A stretch of DNA of 19,527 nucleotides from Ginkgo biloba (taxonomy: Eukaryota > Plantae > Ginkgophyta): positions 107,287,191 through 107,306,717 of the forward strand of contig JANKJI020000004.1 of NCBI GenBank assembly GCA_024626585.2, written 5' to 3'. The translations under genes and the position numbers were made by a program. This document shows, piece after piece, positions 10,545 through 19,527 of the stretch. Each line of letters starts with the position of its first letter. Positions within the stretch are counted from its first letter, which is position 1. The notes under the pieces were generated by a model. The model did not search any database, had not been told where the DNA came from, and was given only the letters and a program-made list of their open reading frames with translations.

Positions 10545-12795
10545 GTGGAATATTTAATTGCACTATACTAGCATGTGTGTGTGTGTATGTAGACATATGA
10601 AAATACTTAAGTATATAATTAAGATAATAATCACTTGATAAATTATAATATATTATAACATACCTAATAGAGGTAATGATTTGATTTTTAGTGTTAGTCG
10701 TANNNNNNNNNNTGCCCCTTAACCCACTTAGCATGTTATGGAGATGAAGGAAATAAAGGATGAGGTTGGATAGTTTTGGATCAAGTGTAAGATACTTAAA
10801 ACTCAAAATTTATAAGGGCTAAAGAAGGTTATAAAAGGAGAGGAACCAATAATAAAATTGAAGATAACATGTAACCACCATCATTCCAATTCTAGTGGGA
10901 AGAATATAAGAGAGTAAAATAATATAGATCCTCACTCTCACTAATATAATAAGGAATCAAGTAGATAAGAATTCATGTAGGTTTAATGAGTTAAGTTTTC
11001 CTTGAGGAATTAATCTTCAATTTGTGCCTCACGTTGATTTATCCTTAGTGGTCATTAAATGCTGAGCCAAATTTTTTCTCTAGGTGTATTAGGTAATAGT
11101 CTAATTAGAATCACCTTCCTTTGATGAATAATAAATATTAGTTTATATTTTAACATAAATTTACTCCATACATAACTTTACTTATGATTCAATGTCTATT
11201 ACTAATTTCCTATAAGGCTTGAGTNNNNNNNNNNNNNNNNNNNNNNNNNNNNNNNNNNNNNNNNNNNNNNNNNNNNNNNNNNNNNNNNNNNNNNNNNNNN
11301 NNNNNNNNNNNNNNNNNNNNNNNNCATACATTTATAGTTTTGAAATAGATGGTTGTTAAAGATAGAAGGGATGAAGTGATTGTATTAATAACTATTATAA
11401 AGGGTAGATCTATTGATGTCAGGTAATATGAGGTATAAATCTAGTAGATAGTGATAGAAGATATCAATTATATTGAGTATTTCCATTAGCCAACCTTGGA
11501 GTAAGTAGCTAAACAAAAAAAAAAAAGGTATTTTTCCTATTAATAACTTTGCCAAAGTATATAGGGGTCCTCTAAGATTAATGGATTAATGTTACTTGAC
11601 ATATACAAAAGGCCAAATCTTTAAATAAAGAGTTAAATTATATGTTACAATAGTCACATTTTCTAGAAGGATCAACAACAATAGCAAAAATAGAAGCTTT
11701 GGATGCCCTAGCCTTATTATAATGACCTGAGTGGAGAGTTATATAAGGGAATTCATAATTGAACTTGGATAAAGTTGCATTCCAACAAGCTCTAGATTAT
11801 AGAGAAGGTCCATTTACTACTCTTCCATTAGCTCCATTAGTAGCAATAGTACTTATGAGTCAATCATTGTCTATTCTAATGATAGATATAATTAAAAAAA
11901 AAAAAAACTATAAATTATTAACGTAATTTAGGAATTATTTCCCAATCTCTATGATAAATTCTTTATAGTAATATGATGCAATTGTCAAATACTTTAGAAA
12001 TTAATAAACAAAGGGTTTTTAGAAAAAAATCATTGACTATATATATAAAACCTTCTCGTAATATAATGGGCATCTCTTAGTTTTATCGTCTAAGCATCTA
12101 CATTATTGTGATTCCATTTGTGGCGTAGCTTCACTTATAAAGGATCACTTGAGAAAGGAAGACTTTCTTGAAATAAATTTCTAAGGATTCCATCTTATGT
12201 CTATACAATGTCTATTTATTATAGAAGAGGAATAAAGAGAGGGTGGTATACCATCATCCATTTGTCTAATCTATACCTCCAAAGTACACCATAAATTATG
12301 TATTATGCCAAAAACTATGATGTACTAATAAAATCATTTACGAATGCATGCAATTTTTCTGTTGGATTTATGCTTTCTTTAATATGTACATCATATTCAT
12401 ATTACTTAAAATTTAATTCATTATAATATGATAATGTACGAATAGTAAATATAATATCCTTTTTTGCTTACTAAAAGTACACAATAACTCAATTGAAAAT
12501 TTATTAATCAATGTATTATCCACCTTATAGTTCAAATATAATATTTTTACTTTTGAATGGTAAATTACATCACTTTGATGTAAGTGATATATAAAATACT
12601 TAGAAAATATATCATTTGCTTTTATAAATCTACCTTTTCTTATGCATCACAATTTTTTTCTATGGCAGGGTACAAGTTCATTAGAAATTTTACAAGAGGA
12701 TACAATACATGATTCTTGTATGGGAGATATTAAAAATTGAGGTTTTTATATTTTGCACATATTTTATAATAAACTTAAGTGTGTTCTATACATAT
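10185..12795 (+). repeat. Copy B of old gypsy 3' region (contiguous with pol; interrupted by gap 11225-11324)
   Basis: 10185-11224 matches copy A. 11325-12795 matches ~14705-15868 of copy C, with an extra ~315 bp at ~12268-12582 that is absent from C. Confidence 0.9.
12224..12248 (+). other. Candidate polypurine tract of the old element (paralog at ~15610-15633)
   Basis: GAAGAGGAATAAAGAGAGGGTGG in B and AGAAGAGGAAGAAAGAGAGAGAGG in C, both followed by TATACCATCATCC. The canonical TG LTR start is not preserved. Confidence 0.4.
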
Positions 12796-13474
12796 GTGGG
12801 GAAATATTCTTTTATTATATGTATATATTTCAATAACTTTAATAATGTGCACCCTACAACCATTTTGGCAATGGATCCTTTAGATTGATTACACTAGATA
12901 TCTAATAACTCTTAAGTCGATTCAATAGGGAGTTGATTAGGAATTATATCACCTAGGTGGATGATTTAATGGTATTATACTAGCTTATACACATACACAC
13001 ACACTTACGTATATAAGTAGGAGAATAAATAATTGACAAACAATAATGTATTATAACATAGGTCCTAATAGAGGTAAGGATTTCATTTTTGGAGTTATTC
13101 TTAAGGGTTTAATGCCCCTCAACCCACTGAACCTATTATGGAGATGAAGGAAATGAAGGAGGAGGTTGGATAGTTATGGATCTTAAAAATTAAAATTTTT
13201 AGTGACTAGAGAAGGTTAGAAAAGGATTGTCACCACTAATAAAATCAAAGATAATAGGTATACACCATCATCCAAACTCTAGTGGTTTGAAGAACGTAAG
13301 AGAGTAAAATAATATCTATCCTCACCATCATATCAAGGTGTATTAGGTAATATTTTAATTAGAATCAACTTCCTTTGAAGAATGATCATCCTTATTTTAT
13401 CCTTTAATATAAATTTACTCTATACATAACTCTACTTATGAATCAGTGTTTATTACTAATTCCTTGTCCTATAT

Positions 13475-13875
13475 GAGTACTTCCTTCTAGCTAACGAATT
13501 AATAAATCTACAAAATATGCCTTTACTTCCCTAGTTGGTTAGTATTAGCTCATTAGGGACCACAAAATTAATTGATAAGACATCTGATAAGTAGGCATCT
13601 ACCATGTATTCCCTTCCTTCATCAAGCATTTCCTACTAGTTATAGAACTAGGTAATCTAAGGAATATGATTTTCCTTATCTTATTGGGTTATCTAGACTC
13701 ATTATGGAATAAGGAAGTAGTTGATAATATATCCATCCAATTAGTATTTTCTACATATTCCCTTCCCTAGTAAATCACTTCTCACTAAGTAGGTTCTCAA
13801 GGAATCTCAAGAATATACTTTCCCTTCTTTAGTGAGACCACCTTAACTAATTAGGAACCAAGGAAGAAATTAAAA
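13475..13875 (+). repeat. Degenerate 149-bp tandem repeat (copy C)
   Basis: ATCT(A/C)-anchored units at 13506, 13655, 13804; same period as in copy A. Confidence 0.8.
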
Positions 13876-14130
13876 ATAATCCTATATATGTTGATGTACC
13901 AAAACTATATTTATGACATTAGTAGATCTATTACCTACCTCACCTTTAGCTTTTCATAAATGTATATGCTCTACGATAACACATGAGAATAAATATAATT
14001 ATGGACCATTATTGGTATATAAAATATTCCCTTTACTTGAACTAATATTCCATTATAAGAAACATTATGGTGCTCCATGCATATTATAACATTAAGAGAA
14101 TGAATGGCCAAGATTGATTAATGGTGTGGG

Positions 14131-15279
14131 ACTTAGGGATTGGTAGTAACTTTTAAGTAAATTAGATTTTTAGGTACTAGTATGACTTGGTGGTGCTAGG
14201 TTGGAGGGATGAGTGTGTTGGTAGAGGTATAATAATATCTCTTAGTCAATGTATATCCCATTTACATATAATACTAAGAAGTATGGTTGAACTAAGAGAG
14301 AAAAAAATCATAAATCTAGGAAAATATGTGTAAGAAAGAAGTGACAGACCTAGAATAATATTTGAAATTGCTAAATTTGGATATCTAATCAATAACTCAA
14401 CTTTTATCCACTAGGGTGACTTTGTTTATAACTGAGGGGATTAATGAATTAAATATTTATATGGATATGTTCAATACATTGATGTCTACCCCAACATCAT
14501 CATTAGTGGTCATAGATCTATAGGTCATTACCCAACTTGACGAGTATAGGATGAAAGTTTAACATTTGAAGGGAAATAATAATGGATATAAGGCCCAACT
14601 ATATTCCATCCAACAATAATGAGAAAGTATCAAGGTAGTGCCAACCTTAACTATATAAGATGCCAAAAATTAGATATTAACATCTAGGGATAAGGCTAAA
14701 CATGAGTGTGCATCCATAGTCTTGAAAGAGATGGTTTTAAAAGATAGAATGGATGAGGTGGTTGTATTGATAACTGTAATAAATGGTATATCTATCAATG
14801 CTAAGTCATATAAGGCACAATTTAAGTACTTGATGATATAAGAAATCACTTATATTTAGTAGTCCCATAAGGAAGCCTTGGAAAAAGAATCCAAACAAAA
14901 ATCAACAAAGGTATTTTTATTATCAATAACTTTTCCAAAATGTATAGGGGTCCCTTAAGATCATAAAGTAAATGTTACTTGACATACATAGAAGGCCAAA
15001 TATCTAATTAAAGATTTAAATTATACCTTACAATAATCACAAGTTCTATAAGGATCGATGGCGATATAAAAAATAGAATATTTGAATGCCTTAGCCTTAT
15101 TATAATGATTTGAGTGGGAAGTTATAGAAGTGTATTAATAATTGAGCTTGTACAAAGTTTCAATCTAATAATCTTTGGATTATAGAGAAGGGTCATTTAC
15201 TACTCTTGCATTAGCTCCAATAGTATTAATAGTACTTACAATTAAATCATTTTCCATTCCAATGATAGATATAATTTAG
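14131..15279 (+). pseudogene. Putative fossil additional ORF downstream of pol (coiled-coil-like), at least 380 codons
   Basis: One frame gives protein-like E/K/Q/L/A-rich text with no apparent frameshift (e.g. TQLDEYRMKV*HLKG, HKEALEKESKQK, IEYLNALALL**FEWEV). Many stops align with CAA/GAA/GAG codons in paralogs A (7106-7554) or B (11325-11893). The start is not defined. Confidence 0.5.
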
Positions 15280-15397
15280 AAAAAAAAGATAAATTATTAA
15301 TGTAATTTAGGAATTATTTTCCAATATCTATTATAAATTCTTTATAGTAATATGATATAATTACCAAACACTTTGATAATTGCTAAAAAAAAGGGTA

Positions 15398-15441
15398 TAA
15401 AAAAAAAAAAAACATTAACTATATATATATATATATATATA
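15398..15441. repeat. Poly(A) run and (TA)n microsatellite
   Basis: A run at ~15398-15412 and (TA)~11 at 15420-15441. Both are shorter in paralog B (~12023-12047). Confidence 0.9.
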
Positions 15442-15868
15442 ACCTTCTCATAGCATAATGGGCATCTCTTGGATTTATCATCTAAGCATATACATTATTG
15501 TGATGCCATTTATGGATTGGATTTCAAAGGATCAATTGAGAAAGGAATAATTTATTAAGATAAAGCTCCAAGGCTTGCATATTATGGCTATATACCATCT
15601 ACTTCTTATAGAAGAGGAAGAAAGAGAGAGAGGTATACCATCATCCATTTGTCCAAGTGATATATAAAATACTTAGAAAATAGATCATTTGATTTTATAA
15701 ATCTACCTTTTTCCATGTATCATAAGTTCTTTCCATGAGAGGATATAAGTTCATTGGAAATTTTACAAGAGGATAAAGTACATGATTCTTGTATAAGAGA
15801 TATTAAAAACTGATGTCTTTATCTTTTATACATATTTTATAATCAACTTAAGTGTGTTTTATACTTAT

Positions 15869-16941
15869 TGATTTGTATCTTAGTGGATGAGTTAAAATCT
15901 CCATAGATCCCTTAGTTAAATTTACTTTCTTCAAAATAATCAAAAGATTATTGTGTTTGAAATTGTATGCAATCCTTTCACTTAAATCTAAGAACTCAAG
16001 AGAAAAGAAAATTAGAAACACATACAAATCTTTACACATATACACAAATTTTGAACTAGAGAAACCCTCTTGAGGAATAATACTCTAGAATGGTATTAAG
16101 TCTCTCCTTTTAACAAGAAATTTAAATTCATATTCCTATGCTTTTATTTTGAGATATAACTCACAAATCTTTGCACAATAACAACAAAACATTCAACAAT
16201 GTGTAGAGCCTTTTTGTCTTTAAGAGACTCTCACACTTTCTACTTATGCACTTATTGTTGCTTGTAGAATTATTCCAAGTTATCTATCAATGGTTGTGTT
16301 CTCCTCTCCTTTCTTTCTTGATGTTTGGCTCTTGATTTTGTTCTCTTTCTTTTTCCTTTCAAATTATTTCAACTACCCTAATTGTTCAAAGAATTTGAAC
16401 CATTTTCGTAACTTCTTTATCCTTTCTCTTTTCACCTTTCAAATTTTACAATCCAAAATTCTATACACTCAATTTTATTCAATTTCGAGTCTACGGGTTC
16501 AAAATATCCTAGCAAAAGGGTGTCGCACTCTTCTTTTAATCCCAAATCTCAAAAATCCAAAATATTATAAACTGTGTTTTATTCTTTTTTGGGGTCCTTG
16601 AAGTTTGGATCTTTTGCGAGGGCACATCTTCACTTAAGTCTTCAGAACCCCTTAGTCTAGAATTCCCAAAAATTAGCCAAGTGTTGGTGATGTGAGTAAC
16701 TTTTTAAGTTTAATACTGTAACTTGAAATTTTAAACTTTAAAAGTTAAAGGAAATACCCCATTCCAAGATGATTTTTTATAGTTTCAAAAGTATCTAACA
16801 CCACATGAATAAGTTGTATCTAAATTACTTTCAAATTTCAGAAAAAGTAAGTGATTTTGATATGTTTTCCAGGCAACTATGGTATTTACCATATATTTTG
16901 ATCCAAAGCTCTATTTTTTGTCCTCTTAGGCTCGTTTTGAA
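15869..16941 (-). mobile_element. LTR fragment in reverse orientation truncating copy C
   Basis: Homology of C to B stops at ~15868 and the next bases are TG (CA end on the minus strand). 16056-16085 reverse-complements to GAGTATTATTCCTCAAGAGGGTTTCTCTAG, similar to the LTR motif at 4310-4339. Confidence 0.55.
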
Positions 16942-17065
16942 NNNNNNNNNNNNNNNNNNNNNNNNNNNNNNNNNNNNNNNNNNNNNNNNNNNNNNNNNNN
17001 NNNNNNNNNNNNNNNNNNNNNNNNNNNNNNNNNNNNNNNNNGCCGGGGGGGGGGGGGGGGGGGGG

Positions 17066-17579
17066 ATGGTTTCCCCCACGCCTTGCCTAAAAACTCAAAA
17101 GGGAAGGGAAATGCCCCTCCCCCCATAGGGAGAAATCTCTTGAGATCCTGCTAGGTGGTGGTATCTCAAGGCCTCTCTAGTCGCAGGGTTGAGGCCCCTC
17201 TCAAAGTCAAAATAAAACACCCATGGGGGGGTAATTCCCCATAATTGTGCCATGTGATGCCATCTTAGGGCCCTCATGAACCAAACCCCAAGTGTAAGGG
17301 GAAGTGGAGGGGCACTCCCCCTGTGAGGAGAGGGACCCCAAGATCCTGCCACTTGGAAAGATCTTAGACCCTGATCCTCACAAGAGGGAGGGACCTCTTA
17401 AGAGAAAATTAAATGACTAGGGGAGGGGCCCTGCAATGGTGCCACGTGATGCCATCATGGGACTTATGCAGTCCACAAATTTAAATGGGAAAGACTTGGG
17501 GCCTTGCATCCCCATTTCAAAATCATTTTAAAAGAGGCATGTAATGGCACCACTTAGCACCATCATGCAACCCCCTCCC
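17066..17579. repeat. GC-rich block with degenerate ~195-bp tandem duplication, probably LTR U3-type sequence
   Basis: AGATCCTGC at 17143 and 17341; GTGCCA(T/C)GTGATGCCATC at 17247 and 17439; an inverted degenerate copy of the latter at 17544-17560. Confidence 0.55.
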
Positions 17580-18182
17580 TGTTATACCTATTGTTGACCA
17601 GTACGAAGGTTGAAGGAAATAGAAAATGGGTCCCCCGTGAGCACTAGACCAAGCTCGAAGACCATGATGCATAAGCAGTAGAGGCAACTAGTAGAGCCTT
17701 GAGTGCCCACAAAACTCAATCAAAATTTATCACAGGCGCACCCATCTGGCACACGAATTTGGTAGAAGTTAAGGCCGATACAGGGATATTTTCTTTGCAT
17801 TCATGAAGCCATAATGTCATGGATGTTTGCTAGCAGTTTATCAATGTGCCTAAGAGGTGGTTCAGGGGAAAGAAAGATATTTTCTGGCGGTGGAAGAAAG
17901 AAGCTTCTTTTTTACCATGAANNNNNNNNNNNNNNNNNNNNNNNNNNNNNNNNNNNNNNNNNNNNTTTTTAGCCCATGTAATTTTCTTCCATGCTTGAGA
18001 GAGGAGCAACTATTTTTATGACTGTTGTGATCGAGGCTAGCCGCCTCAGGGATGCTTTGTAATTGCCCTACTAAGGGGAAGCTCTGTATTATAAATTTTA
18101 AGGTAAAGTGGCAATCTACCCTGTTATTTTGAGTTTGTTTTTACATAGCTTTATGCATGAATTGGTGTTTAGAGTCCTTTTG
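17580..18182 (+). mobile_element. Possible younger LTR fragment
   Basis: Begins TGTTATACC, retains CpGs, is non-coding, and has a TATAAAT near 18090. No second terminus is visible. Confidence 0.3.
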
Positions 18183-18282
18183 NNNNNNNNNNNNNNNNNN
18201 NNNNNNNNNNNNNNNNNNNNNNNNNNNNNNNNNNNNNNNNNNNNNNNNNNNNNNNNNNNNNNNNNNNNNNNNNNNNNNNNNN

Positions 18283-19527
18283 AATGCTAAAGCATTGGTC
18301 CTAGTTGGACCCATTTAAGAAAAATATTTCTTGAAATACTCTTATGCCTTAGATGAAGTATATGCAACAATGGTAATGTAGAAGGATGAAAAAGGCTAAG
18401 AGAAGTCAAACATATTCCTAAGTTAGTCTTTTAAAGACTATCAACTCTGGTATACTCCTATTAAAAATCATAAATTTTCTTTGGTTAAAGACATTGAGGA
18501 CTTTAATCCATACATAATTAATACCCATACCATAAACTATATTCTCTTAAAGATAGTGAAGTTAGTGTTGATTTAAATTGAGCCATCATGTAAGTGGGAA
18601 CGTTTTCTAGCAAAAATCCAAGAACTTAATATGGATATAAAGTACATGAGGATTGTGAAAGGCCAACACTTATGGAAGATGATCACTAAATATTAGGCTA
18701 AAATCCTAAGTAAGCTCCAGGAGTAGGAAAACTGATAAGAGGAGGGCCTTATAAACATTATGATACTTAGTTAGGATGAGGCAGAGTATGATTCCTTCTT
18801 AGAAGACATGAGTCATTACCTAATGGAGGGAGTTTGTCGGGACTACCTCAACAAGAATGCCAAAATATATATAAATCTTAAATCCATTTCCCATATCCTA
18901 TTATAGTTAAGTTGTATAGGAAAGGGTTTGATGACACTCTCCTTTAGTTCCTTAGTGTTTAGAACTCGATTGAATACCTAGATGAATTCTGTACAAGAGT
19001 GTGTGGTCTCCACTTTTCTACACAAACCACTACTCAAAAAATTAGATGTGAAGGATTATTATGGCCTATAATGTTTAAGGATATATTCCAAAAGGTTATA
19101 AGATATAAATAATTTCATAAATTTATAGGAAAGTAGAAGCTATTAATAATGTACTTGCAATCCATTCATGTTGATGAACCATTTGAGTAGTGGATATTGT
19201 ACTTTATCAATTCTATCAATCCCAATTCAAGCAAGGGATATAAGTTTATCCTTATCACTACACACTATTTTACTCAATGGTCAGAAGTTATTCCCTCTAA
19301 AATGGAAATTGTGAGAGTGGTGATCAAGTTCATAGAACAGGTCCTCATGCCCCAGTTTAGATTCCTTGCTATTCGAATATTTGATAATGATTTTTCCTTC
19401 ACTTCTAGTGACATGATTAATTTCACCAATAAGTATGGGATAATATTGTTATCTTCCTCCAATTAATATGCACAAGGGAATGGCCTGGTTGAATCAACCA
19501 ACAAAAATATAATCAAAATCTTAAAGA
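18283..19527 (+). pseudogene. pol: Second Ty3/gypsy (non-chromovirus, Tat/Athila-related) pol relic: RNase H and integrase, running off the window end
   Basis: RNase H: ALVLVGP..EKYFLKYSYALDE, KDYQLWYTPIKNHKFSLVKDIEDFNPYI, WERFLAKIQELNMDIKYMRIVKGQHL. Integrase: EFCTRVCGLHFSTQTTTQKI...WPIMFKD; EPFE*WILYFINSINPNSSKGYKFILITTHYFTQWSEVIP (ORF 19197-19466); YAQGNGLVESTNKNIIKILK. Confidence 0.93.

Larger units (their letters stand above)
12862..15868 (+). repeat. Copy C of old gypsy 3' region, head-to-tail after copy B
   Basis: Starts ATTTTGGCAATGGATCCTTTAG (cf. 10450 ATTTTAGCAATGGGTCCTTTAG). Collinear with A and B, more diverged (roughly 75-80% identity by eye) and carries its own deletions. Confidence 0.9.

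Noticed and set aside
16290-16601. 103-aa hydrophobic ORF as a membrane protein
   Set aside because: The F/L/S/I richness reflects pyrimidine-rich LTR sequence; no recognisable domain.
17045-17065. 21-G run as a G-quadruplex or poly-Gly/Pro coding sequence
   Set aside because: It sits at a contig edge next to a gap, where homopolymer length is unreliable or artefactual.
1376-18290. Listed ORFs containing X runs (1376, 3672, 3761, 5261, 5283, 7528, 10537, 16805, 16831, 16926, 18108)
   Set aside because: They stay open only because N gaps contain no stops. They are not genes, although parts of 1376-1573 and 3672-3995 overlap L1 relics.
19197-19466. 89-aa integrase ORF as a domesticated or functional gene
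   Set aside because: The first catalytic Asp is lost (WILYFI for WGLDFI) and stops flank it on both sides.
1-19527. Host exons, tRNA/rRNA, hammerhead ribozyme core, telomeric arrays, intact primer-binding site
   Set aside because: None recognised by eye on either strand; a covariance-model search would be needed to exclude small RNAs.

Overview
This window is AT-rich, CpG-depleted eukaryotic DNA from a fragmented scaffold, with seven 100-N gaps plus gaps of 10 N and 44 N. I found no intact host gene, RNA gene or CRISPR array. It reads as a plant retrotransposon graveyard; a large-genome plant such as a gymnosperm is an inference from the style of the pol motifs. Contents in order: two decayed L1-type LINE pieces facing each other across a gap (1-1411 + and 1512-3773 -); a younger LTR end (3874-4600) abutting a Ty3/gypsy gag relic; an old Ty3/gypsy RNase H-integrase relic (9037-10544) preceded by two nested LTR ends; a minus-strand LTR and other LTR-like fragments (15869-18182); and a second, different gypsy RNase H-integrase relic (18283-19527). 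The 3' region of the old element is present three times (A 5423-7554, B 10185-~12795, C ~12862-15868). That triplicated region is the most interesting part. It holds a 149-bp tandem array and what looks like a fossil extra sense-strand ORF of about 380 codons with a coiled-coil character, which the three copies could reconstruct. All protein calls come from by-eye motif recognition in stop-ridden frames; no searches were run.
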